Source of the DNA: Monocercomonoides exilis PA203 | Lineage: Eukaryota; Protista; Preaxostyla | Length of the DNA stretch: 64,000 nt | Assembly (NCBI GenBank): GCA_001643675.2 | Contig: LSRY02000001.1 | Location: forward strand, 124,001 to 188,000 | Reading direction: 5' to 3' | Part shown: positions 1 through 10,327 of the stretch, in pieces | Layout of the letters: each line of letters starts with the position of its first letter | How positions within the stretch are numbered: the stretch's first letter is position 1 | Notes under the pieces: generated by a model | Database searches by the model: none | What the model was told of the DNA's origin: nothing | The model's input: only the letters and a program-made list of their open reading frames with translations | Program-made: the position numbers and the translations under genes

Positions 1-1198
1 TGAACACGCGATCAAACTGAAATGTGTATTTCAATAGTTTCTCTCCTTTCTTTCCGCTTTCGTCTTTGCTTAGTTTTTTGATTTCGATTCTCTGATCATC
101 TCCATTTGACACGACTGCCACGCCACATTCTTTGTCTTTGCTTGTCTCTGCCAAAGCAGCTGTTCCATCACTCTGTAAAAGCGTTGTTGATTTCTGCTGT
201 CTTGCAAAGCAGGCCTCTTCTTCTTCTGTTTTCGTCATTGGTCGAACTCTGCAAAAAGCCCTCATTGTCCCTTTCAGAAGGAGCAGCTTGTTATGAAGAT
301 CTCTCCTGATCTTCTCATCATCATGTGCTTTCTCTCTCATTCTCAACAATTTGCAATCGTGCTCAGCCAATATTTTTCTCATCTCGTTGATTTCATTGTG
401 AAGCAATTGTGATTTCGCTTGAAATGTGCTGACTTGTAACCTAATTTCGACCTGTTGCTGCTCTAGTGTCATTATTGTTCTGTTTCGACTTTCCAAGTTA
501 TCCTGAAGAAAAGAGCAATCTTTTTTAGTTGATTCCAATTTTGACTGAACGCTTTCGATTTGATCTTCAATTACCTCTTTTTGCCTTTTCGCTTCTTGAA
601 GTTGAAGCTCGACTTTTGTTTTTTCATTTTCCACCTTTTCAATTTCCTCTTTCCATGTTTCCAAATCTTTTTCAGCAATTCCAGATTTACTCTGAAGAGC
701 AGCAATTTGTTGAGTGAGTTCGATTTCTCGAGAAGAAGAATCATTTAGTTTCTTCATAAGAGAATCAAACTTTTCTTCAAGATCCTCAAGCTTTCCTTTT
801 ATATCCCAAGAAGGCCTCTTTCCAGCTGGCTTCGGTTTAGGAATTGATACTCGCGCTGCCACAGATTGAGCTGCTTTTGGACTTTCCAAAGGCAATATCT
901 TGTGAGCAGATGTTGTCTGATAAGTTATCACTCTCTTTGATTTTATAACAATGTTTTGAATTTGCGTTTCATTTTTTCTTTTTGCTGCAGGACTTTGACG
1001 CTCAATGGAACGCGAGGAAGGTGATTTTTGTTGAGGTGAACTGACAATAGTTGTCACCCTAGTTGTTTTTTCTTTTGATGGTGTTTGAACAGATGAATTG
1101 GATGATAAAATATGATTTCTACTATTTTCAGGACTATTTGAAACTAAAATTTTTGAAACCTGCCGAACTCCAAATTTTGGAAGTGGAATTCGACTCAT
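1..1198 (-). CDS. Kinesin-14 (KIFC1/Ncd/Kar3-like C-terminal motor kinesin), 3' part runs off the window
   Basis: Missing from the ORF track because it has no in-window stop. Manual translation from ATG 1198 gives MSRIPLPK...KRPSWDIKGKLEDL (KIFC1-type tail motif), a coiled coil, the neck RRDLHNKLLLLKGTMRAFCRVRP and the motor start YTFQFDRVF. Confidence 0.92.
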   Translation of the reverse strand, partial: MSRIPLPKFGVRQVSKILVSNSPENSRNHILSSNSSVQTPSKEKTTRVTTIVSSPQQKSPSSRSIERQSPAAKRKNETQIQNIVIKSKRVITYQTTSAHKILPLESPKAAQSVAARVSIPKPKPAGKRPSWDIKGKLEDLEEKFDSLMKKLNDSSSREIELTQQIAALQSKSGIAEKDLETWKEEIEKVENEKTKVELQLQEAKRQKEVIEDQIESVQSKLESTKKDCSFLQDNLESRNRTIMTLEQQQVEIRLQVSTFQAKSQLLHNEINEMRKILAEHDCKLLRMREKAHDDEKIRRDLHNKLLLLKGTMRAFCRVRPMTKTEEEEACFARQQKSTTLLQSDGTAALAETSKDKECGVAVVSNGDDQRIEIKKLSKDESGKKGEKLLKYTFQFDRVF

Positions 1199-1261
1199 TA
1201 ATAAAATAAAAAATACTTTTAAAAATATAATAAATTCTATAAAGGGAAAGATCAAAGTTTT

Positions 1262-3022
1262 TCATTTTTCTTCATCAGGTTTTACCCATTCAGATCTTTG
1301 AGCAAGCAACCCTTCTGATATATGCGGCAATTCAGATGTTTGCGTTTCGCTTAATCCTTCCTGTTGTTCTTCTTCAATCACTTCTTGCGAATCATCAATT
1401 TTTTCTAAATCTTGACTGGATGAATTATTCTTTTCTGCTTTCCCTCTGAATGGCTCAAGCGGAGTGAAAGGAGTAAAGCGAGTATAGAATGTGTATGAAG
1501 GCAGCTCTGTCTTCTCATTCCCCACTGCTGGATAAGCAGGCGGAGGGAGAGGAGGAAGCTGAGAAAGAGGTGAAAGTGGAGAAAACAAAGGCAAATGAGG
1601 TGAAGCAGCAGAAGAATTAGAGCCAAGAGCAGGCATTGTGTGGAAGTATGGATGAATGCCATGTTGATTAAGAGCAGCAACAGCAGAAGGGGAAGAAACA
1701 GAGGAAGAAGAAGAAGAGGAAGAGGAAGAAGAAGAATAAGGCGATAGAGAAGCAGTTAATGTGCTCATCACCTTCTCCAGCTCTTCCAACTGTCTTTGAA
1801 GTTCTTTCTGTTGTCTTCTTCTCTGGCTGTGCTGATGCTCATGATGTCCATACGAATTGTGATGATATCCATTCTTATGCTCTTTGCCTCCTCTTCCTCT
1901 TTCTCCTCCTCTTCTTCTTCTATTTCTGTTTCCATTTTTATTTTTATTCCTCTTTCCTCCTCCTCCTTCTCTTTCTTCTCTTTCACCAAACCCATTTGCT
2001 TCATTTGATGATTGTTCTGATGAATAACGAGAAGAATTTTCATCATCATCATCATCATCATTGCTGTGTGAATATGAAGAACTTGTGAATGTGTCAGCTA
2101 AACTGAATGTGCTGTCTTCTTCTTCTCCTTCTTCTTCTCCTCCTTCTACTTCTCCTTCTTCATTGTCTTCCAAATCCATTTTATTCCATTTGCTTCGCTT
2201 TCTTCTTTCTGAATTTGGGTTGGCATTTTGATGTGAGTGATGATGTGTTTTGTGTGAAGAAGAAGAAGAAGAAGAAGAATTGATTTGTGTGTTGCTGGAT
2301 GAAATGGAAAGACGAGAAGGGGCAAGTGAAGAAGAAGAAGATGATGATGATGAAGAGGAGGAAGAGGAAGAAGAAGAAGAAGAGGAAGAATTAATTCTAT
2401 TGCTTATAGGAAGCATGCGATGGACAGGAGGAGAAGGAGAAACAGGATTGATGAGCTGTGGTGGCCTCACAATCGGAGGAGGAAGAGAAGAAGTGTCTTG
2501 TTCTGATTGAAAAGAGGAAGAAGAGGAAGAAGAAGAAGAAGAAGGAAGAGAAGCAACTTGAGGTGTGGATGTGTTGTCAATAGAACTGAAGGAAGGGTTG
2601 GCTGATCGTTGGGAGAGCTGTCCTTTGCTTTCTGCTTTCTCCTGAAAAGAAATGAATAAACAAATAAAATACCAAAATTATAAACATGATAACAAAAGCA
2701 ATAATGAAATAATGAAAGTTTTCATGAATAATGATAATGACAAAGAAAAGAATAGAAAAAGAAAAAGAAAAAGAAAAAGAAAAATAAACAAACCGCCTCT
2801 TCCTTAATCCTCAGCTCCTCCAGTTCTCTCTTCCACCTCTCCTCTGCTTTCCTGTCTTCTTCTCTCTCTTTCTCCTCTTCTTCCCTCTTCCTCCTCTTCT
2901 TCTCTTCTATCTGCTTTGCCAGCTCTGCTTGATACTTTGCCTGCTGAATGGCTGCTTGGTTGGCTGCTAATTTCGACTGAAGACGGAGTGGAGGGCCAGA
3001 AGAAAAGGGGGTGGAGTAAGAA

Positions 3023-3054
<32 letters not shown>

Positions 3055-5215
3055 AATAGAAGAAGAAGATGTTGATGATGATGATGATGATGATGATGGA
3101 TAAGAAATGGGTGGGTGACGTGCCACAATTGCTGAAATGGGAAGAGATTCAGGAGAAGAATTAGAAGAAGCAGCATAAGAAGAAGAAGAATATGAAGAAG
3201 AAGAAGAAGAAGAATTAGAAACAACCGGGCTCGCCATCATCTCTGTCAGCGCAGTTACATCCCTCTTCGTTCCCCTCACATTCACAATGATATTCCCTTC
3301 TTTGTCTCTCACTGGATCGCCTCCGCCTCCAAACGCCCTCAGCATCTTCTCCTTCTCCTTCTCCCTTTCCCACTCTCTCTCCAGCCTCTGGTTGTACTCT
3401 GCCTCTTGCTGCTTCTCCTGCTGCTTTCTTTTCTTCTTCTCTTCTGCCTGCTGCTTCAGCTCTTGTCGATATTGCGCTTCTTTCATTCGCTTCTCTTCTG
3501 CTGCTGACATAACAGAGGGAGAAGAAGAGGAGGAGGAGGAGGAAGAAGAAGAAGAAGAAGACACTGGAAATTGTGGGAGTAAAGAAGAAGGACGATATGG
3601 TGGAGGATAAGAACTGGGAAGAGAAGAAGGAAGATATGAAGAAGAAGAGGAGGAGGAGGAGGAAGAAGAAGAAGAAGAAGAATATGCTCCTTCAGCAACA
3701 GACCGATTGCGATAGGCAATTCGAGAAACAGCTGGCGGTGAGTGTGGCTGTGCATCATAAGAAGGCTGATAAGAAGAAGAAGAAGAAGAAGGATAATCCT
3801 GCTGCAAATAGCGATATGGCTGCTGATATTGCTGTTGTTCTTCATCATCTCGTCCAAAACCAGAAAACTGTCCTCTTCTGTCATCTGCACCATACCCTCT
3901 TCCTTGTGCCCCTCCTCTTTCTCTTCTTCCTCCTCTTTCTTCCAACGCTTCATATTCATCCCCATATGCTCTGTTATACCCTCCTTCTCTTCCATAGTTT
4001 GCTCTTCTGTCTTCAAATCGATCTCTTTCTCTCACGTTCTCTTGATCATCTCTATCTTCTCTTCCCCTTCCTCCTCCTCCTCCTCTCCAAACACCCTCCT
4101 CCGCCCTCTCCCTCTCATTCACCCTCCCTCCTTCTCTTCCTCCCCAGTTCTCTCCCTCACACCTTCCTCTCTCTTCCTCCTCTCTTCCTCTCTCCTTCCT
4201 CTCCCATATCTTCGGCAGCGGCGCCTGCAGCTTCTGTCTGTCCCCTTTCGTCTGCTCCAGCGCAGTCCACAGCGCCACCACGTTGCCCTCAGCGTCTCTC
4301 AACGGATCTCCTCCCCCGCCCTTCCGCATCTGCGCCAGCCTCGCTGCCTCTTCCTGCTCCCTCCGCACTCGCTCCATCTCCCTCTGCTCCTCTGCTTTCT
4401 CCCTCTCCTTCGCCTGCCGCTTCGCTTCGATCTGCTCTCGCAGCTCGTCTGCATATGACGTCTGCTTCGTGACTGATTCCTGGTGATCTTCCTGGCGCAC
4501 AGGCGGACGCTGGAGGTAACCTGCCGTCTTTGCCACCCCTCCGCTCATCCTCCGCCTCCGCTGCAGAAGCTCGCTGTCGTCGTCGGCTCGATCCACAGAC
4601 GGATAATAATTGCTGCTTCTGTAATCTCGCGAGACTTCGTCCATTTCTGGTTGAAAGTTCAATCCCCGCCCTCCCCATTCTCTTCTTTCTTTTTCAATAG
4701 GAGTTTCGCATTCTTGTTCCTCGTTCAATCTAGCAGGTAATGGATAATCATAATATTCATCTGATTTTCCTTCATATGATGAATCGTGTGAATTGTATCT
4801 CCCAAACTCAGATTTTCTTCCTTGATTTTTCTGCTCATTTTCTGGAGAATTCCATTTTTTTGGATTTTCTCTCTTTCGAATAAGAGAAGGTGCGGTTTTC
4901 ATTTCTCTAAATTCTCTTCCGAATGCTCTTTCCTCATCGTCTAAATATTTTCGCTGTAAAAAATAGTCTCTTTTTTGTTCTCTTTCTTTAAATTCTTCTC
5001 TTTCTTTCTGTTTTTGTAATTCCCATTTTTCTTTCTCAGAAAAGTAAGTTGGATTATGGAAATATCCCTTCTGTTTGTAATTATAATGCTCTTGGTATCC
5101 TTTATCGTGAATTTCATCATTCTACAAACGATAAAACGAAAGAAGTGAAGAATATCAAAAAAAACTGAAAAAAAGGGTCAAACCTTTTGAGGTCGAATTC
5201 CCCTATTATCTCTTC
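1262..5215 (-). CDS. CSPP1/CCDC66-like centrosomal/ciliary coiled-coil protein, multi-exon, start uncertain
   Basis: ORFs 2722-4902 and 1262-2470 are joined by a GT-AG intron at ~2642-2793, and the frame is open upstream to an acceptor near 5122. It has three Y-x-x-EL-x-x-Q-(I/A)-E-x-K motifs and two GGGGDP(L/V)RDxEGN motifs, as in CSPP1/CCDC66. Confidence 0.6.
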
Positions 5216-5620
5216 ATAAATAAATTTTCAATGTTAAGCGTTAAAATTGTTATGTGTGTTCATATCAAACATTTTGATAGTTAAAAACATTTACTCTCAT
5301 TTTCAAAAATTTAAAAAACCTCAATTGAAATTCTTGAAATTGTTGCCTTTGCCTTACGATTTTATCTGCAAGTGATTTTGGAATGATAGAATATGATTGT
5401 TTTGGTGTTTTTTTTGGAGGTCCAAATGACATTGCCAATTCTTTCTCAACGGTTTTTTATGAAATATATAATGGTAAATACTTGAAAAGTATCATTTATT
5501 AATTTTCTATATTTTTTCTTGCAATTTAAGAATGACCACAACTTATATTCACTGAAAAATGAAAATGATTAACTTCTTTTTGAACAAGATTGTTTCACAA
5601 GATTTGTGAAATGATCATTA

Positions 5621-6898
5621 TCAGTGCAAAACTGTATTATTCAAAATGATGAGACTGTCATAAAGTCCTTGTTCTTCCATTATTTCCATAACCTTCATTT
5701 TTATCATTGAACATTTTCTTTCTTCCCTTGAAATCTTAAATTTTTCCTGAATCTTTTTTTTGAGAAATTAAACATTTTGTATAATGCATTGTTGCAATGT
5801 CTTCCATCAAATTTTGTTGAAACATATCCATGAGCGTATCAATGGATCCGCTCTTCAATAGGTCTTCAACATACACATTCGCTGATTTAAAAAAGCTGGC
5901 AAAAACCCTTGCAAGTTCAATGATTATTATTTCACAATTTAGCTTTGATCCACCACAGATTCGAACGACGCATTCGATCAACTTGCAATAACATCCTTCA
6001 TGAGTGCTCTCTTCACTAAGGTATAAATCAAGCATTTCTAGCCATCTTTTAGTCATCCATACGCATTTCATTTCATTTCTGTCTTTTTCCGTTTTTGAAA
6101 AATCAACATATTTTATCAATTCTTTCAATTCTTTCGTCGCTTCTCTCACAAAATGCAGTTCATTAACAATCACCTCTTCCAAGCTTCTTTCATTGGAAAG
6201 TCTGCTTATCAAAAATTTCCAAGCTGATTGATATGCAAGTCGAGTGAGGTTGCAATGTTCCTGATGACATTTGATGATTTCTGTAATCTTCATCAAGAAA
6301 AGTGTTGATTTCACAATCTGTTAAAAACAAGGTGGAAAAAAAGCAAGAATAACAAAAAAGAAAAAAGAATTATGCACACAATCCAAGGATGAATGCCACT
6401 CAAAGCCAACAATGTCATTTCCACTTCGTTCACATTTTCCTCATTTCCCTCTTTCTTCAATGCAACTTTCAAAAGACAAGGCACACAAATCGACTTCAAT
6501 TCATTCGAGTAGTTGCAACTTATAGAAATAAAGCATTCACAAAGATCAACAAGAAGATTTTCGTTCTTTTCCTCTTTCTTCTTCTCTTCATTAATAATCA
6601 TCTTCTTGAAACTTTCGCTCAAAAATGAGTCACTAAAAGAAAAATTTAAAAAGCCTTTCAATTCTTTGCAATATCCGACTTTCTTCAAAAACAAAATTGC
6701 ATTGTTCATCGACATTTTCTTTTCTTCAGTCATTTTGTTTATTTCATTGAACAGATCTTTTGTGAAAACAGATTGCCATTCTTCTTCATCCATTTCATTT
6801 ACAATTTCATTCATTTCTTCGATTTTTTGTATTTGCACTTTCTCATCACAATCTTTGAGTTCATAAAACAATTCTTCACAAACAATTTGAAAAAACAT
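5621..6898 (-). CDS. Member of a lineage-specific expanded helical-protein family (one intron; apparent frameshift in an A8 run)
   Basis: ORFs 6311-6898 and 5736-6314 carry ICVPCLLKVALKKE..NEE...EVEMTLLALS and IIKCHQEHCNLTRLAYQSAWKFL. Removing one A at 5754-5761 continues the frame into KMKVMEIMEEQG, ending at TGA 5621. A paralogous decayed copy lies at 23.4-24.8 kb. Confidence 0.7.
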
Positions 6899-7460
6899 TT
6901 ATCATCATAAATACCAAAGTTATCATAATCAAAAACCTGAAAATTTTTTAATAAGTTTCTTCTCCTGCATTTTTACAAAGCAGAAACAAAATAATAAATT
7001 ATTTCTCGATTCACAAGAAGCAAAAATACAACATGATTAAAAAAAATTCAAAAGATTTTCGATTCAAAATATTCAAAAAGTCTGTGTTCACACAATTTTT
7101 CGTTGCATTTTTCTTTCAATAAAAGAATTTCAAGAAATGCTTTCAATTTATGATCATATGAGTAATATAATAAAAAAGATAAAAAAGATGATAGAATAAT
7201 TTATTTCTAAATATTTTTTTTCTTTTAATTAAAATTTAAAAATAAATTCTATAAATGTTATTTCTGGCTTTCAAAAACAAATCCAACTTTGTTAATTTTC
7301 ACTTTTATCTGTTCCATTTTTATGAATTCTCATCACTAAAAAAATTAATTCTCGGGTTTATCAAAAAGGTTGCTGAAAGCAAACGTTGTTTCTTCTGTTT
7401 TTCATCATCAGTATTTTTGAAAACTTCTGATCAAAAATTCAAGCAATAATCAGCTTATCT

Positions 7461-8332
7461 TCATTTCCCTCGTTTTCTAGAAACAATTCGAAATCCATCT
7501 TCATCAAAAAGAGCTTTTTTAGGCTTTGATTTCGGCTTTGATTTCGGCTTTGATTTCGGCTTTGGCTTTGACTTTTGAATGCTCTGCTTTTTTTCTGTTG
7601 ATGATTCCTCTTTCTCATCGCATAAATATTCATCTTCTTTTTTCTCTTCTTTTGATTCGCACTTTGTTTCTTCCTCCTTCTTCTTCTTAGAGCAATGGGG
7701 CAAAGAACGTGTAGATGATTCAGGTTTTTCATTTTTGTCATCTCCATCAAGGTCAGATTCCAGCTCTTCATCGTCCTCTTCATCTTCATCTTCTTCATCC
7801 TTCAAATTTCGCTTCTTTTTATCAAATTTATCAAATGTCTGTGGAGCATCCACTCCAAAAGGAAGAAAGTCTTCCGACTTCCAATTTAAAGATATTGAGA
7901 GTGGTTTAATGCGATGATGGAATGATATTTGCGCAAGATTTTTCAACTCTTCATCAGAGCCTTTTAATAAAGATTGATGTAGCCTACAAATTTGTTGTGC
8001 TATTTTCGGTAGAGTTCCGTCTTCTGCTTGTGTATTGAAATCTTCAAGAAGATAAGAATCAAGAAGATTTTCAATATCAACTTGATCAGAGTCTACATAA
8101 ATAATATATATTCATGGATTTTTATAATTGGGAATGTTGATATTCAGTTATTTTCGAGCATATAAGAAAATAAACCTCTTTTTGTTAAATAATCAAAAAT
8201 ATCATTTAATAGGTTATCCAGTCTTTCGTCATCATCTTCAACTCCGCTAAATCCATTGTCAACTACAAATCTTAAGGTGTCCCAATTATTTAAAATGCAT
8301 TTAATTCCAAAAATCAATTTTTTATCATCCAT
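7461..8332 (-). CDS. TSR2: Pre-rRNA-processing protein TSR2 homolog (2 exons)
   Basis: Exon 1 gives ILNNWDTLRFVVDNGFSG. Exon 2 gives IENLLDSYLLEDFNTQAEDGTLPKIAQQI, an acidic tail and terminal DEDGFRIVSRKRGK. A GT-AG intron lies at ~8093-8175. Confidence 0.8.
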
Positions 8333-8754
8333 TATTATGAACAATGGAATGATCAACATTTTTTTTTTCTAATGATAAAATAATAAATCGCCATTCATCG
8401 ATAATTCAAAAAATAAAATAAGTTCTTTGGTTTAATTTGACAAATTATTTCAATTCTATGTTGGAATTTGGAAAGTGAATCTTTTTGATAAAACGAAAAA
8501 AGCATCAACATACAAAATATTTATTTTCGATTGTTTTAAATTTTATTGTTTATATTAATAAGATGAAAAAGAAAAAGAAAAGAAAAGAAAAACTGAATAA
8601 ACTCAAAACTATTTCTTCTTTATGAAACTAATTTATTCTTAGAAACAATCTTTTTTAATTTTTAGAACGGTTGTGGATCAAGTTTTGTTGTCTTGTTTTT
8701 GTGTTTCACGTTGTTATTTGTTTGATTTATTTCAATTTTTCAGGTTCTATTTAT

Positions 8755-9494
8755 ATGGAAGAAGTTAGAAAAGGATATGTCCAGATTTATACTGGAAATG
8801 GTAAAGGAAAAACAACATGCTCCATTGGATTAGCGATGCGCGCCCTTGGAGCAGGAATGAAAGTCTTTATTCATCAGGTTGGATTTTTCAAATGTATTTT
8901 AAATATGCTAACTTGTTAAAAAAAAAAAATCTTTTTCAAAAGTTTTTGAAAGGCAGAGAAGTTAGTGAAGTGAAATTTATTCATTCTCTTCAATCAAAAG
9001 GATATCCAATTCAGCTTAATCAAGTTTATTTATTTTTTCGAACATAAAATAAAATAAAAAAATCTAATAATTATTTTTAGAGCGGGACTCCAAATTTCAT
9101 TATTGGTAAACCCGCAAAAGAAGATATCGAACGAGCAAGAAAAAGTTACAATCAAATTATTTCCATGTTCCGCCAAAGTTCAAGCAAATCTGAAGATGAA
9201 AAATCTTCATGCAAATCTTCGGCATCTCCTGAAAGTAGTTCAGAACTTGGTGATTTTGTCCAATACAATATGTTTATTCTTGATGAAATTTTGTCTTGTA
9301 TCTCACTTGGGATATTTTCAGAGGAAGATATCATTCAATTAATGGAAGAGAAGCCAAAAGAAGTTGAACTTATTTTAACAGGAAGAGGCGCTACAGAACG
9401 AGTAATTGAAAAAGCTGATCTTGTGACTGAAATGAAAGAAATAAAGCATTACTATCATGCTGGCGTTCCAGCAAGGATCGGAATAGAGATGTAG
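8755..9494 (+). CDS. btuR: ATP:cob(I)alamin adenosyltransferase, CobA/CobO/BtuR type (3 exons)
   Basis: Motifs GYVQIYTGNGKGKTT, QFLKG, ILDEI, ELILTGR and ADLVTEMKEIKHYY..G..AR.GIE. GT-AG introns at 8878-8942 and 9024-9080 give one continuous frame. Confidence 0.95.
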
Positions 9495-9556
9495 ATATTT
9501 ATGTATTTTTTCCAAAAGTGTTTATTTGTTTCATTTCAAACTTTTCAAAACTGTTG

Positions 9557-10228
9557 TTAGACAGCTATTGCCCATCCAAGGAGCGAAAAACTAAGACAGA
9601 TTGCAAATCCAACAAAAACCTGCGAATTTATCCATCCAAGAAAGAGAGTCCCCACTGAAGTTGCAGTTGTCTTTTTTGCAACAGCGTCATTATCGATTTC
9701 AAGGATGATAACGTACATTGAAATAACAAAAATGATCATTGCAGTTGTGAATAAAATAAAAAACGTTATCCAATTCATAGGGGTTGTATCTCTAAACATT
9801 TTAATACTTAAATTAGTGGTTGTTCCTTTCATAAGTGCGTTGATCCTGTAAATTCCAGTTGTATCAAAATTTGTTGTTGGATGATACAATGTTAGTAATT
9901 CTTCTGGTTTTGGTGGATGCTTTCCAGCTAAAAGTGGATCATAATCTTCTTGTTGAAGTTGCCTTGGTTGCCTTGATGGTGTTTTTGGAGACGAACCGTG
10001 AGAAGGAATCTTTTGTTTTGCTTTTGAAACTTGAGCATTTTGTTCAACTTTTGGTGGAGGACTAGAACTTGTCGCTTTTTTTGGAGGAGGTTTTGTGGCT
10101 GTTGCTTTTTGTTTTGGGCGTGTTGGAGATTGATGAGGTTGTTTTGAGTTTTGATTGGCTTTTTGTGAAGAAGGGGGTGACGATTTGGGGGAAAGGGAAG
10201 GACGTTTATTTATCGTTTTTGGAGGCAT
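9557..10228 (-). CDS. Hypothetical membrane protein (Pro/Ser/Lys-rich N-terminus, two C-terminal hydrophobic helices)
   Basis: Intact 223-aa ORF with hydrophobic segments WITFFILFTTAMIIFVISMYVIIL and VFVGFAICLSFSLLGWAIAV. Confidence 0.7.
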   Translation of the reverse strand: MPPKTINKRPSLSPKSSPPSSQKANQNSKQPHQSPTRPKQKATATKPPPKKATSSSPPPKVEQNAQVSKAKQKIPSHGSSPKTPSRQPRQLQQEDYDPLLAGKHPPKPEELLTLYHPTTNFDTTGIYRINALMKGTTTNLSIKMFRDTTPMNWITFFILFTTAMIIFVISMYVIILEIDNDAVAKKTTATSVGTLFLGWINSQVFVGFAICLSFSLLGWAIAV

Positions 10229-10327
10229 TTGGATAAAAATAAAAATGCTTCACTGTTTTACAGAAATGGTTCCTGTTGACAAATTATGAGTTATATATTA
10301 TTATGGCTTTTGCCATAACTAATCTTG

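Noticed and set aside
5754-5761. Programmed frameshift or pseudogenisation of the family gene
   Set aside because: A single extra base in an A-run is most simply a consensus error.
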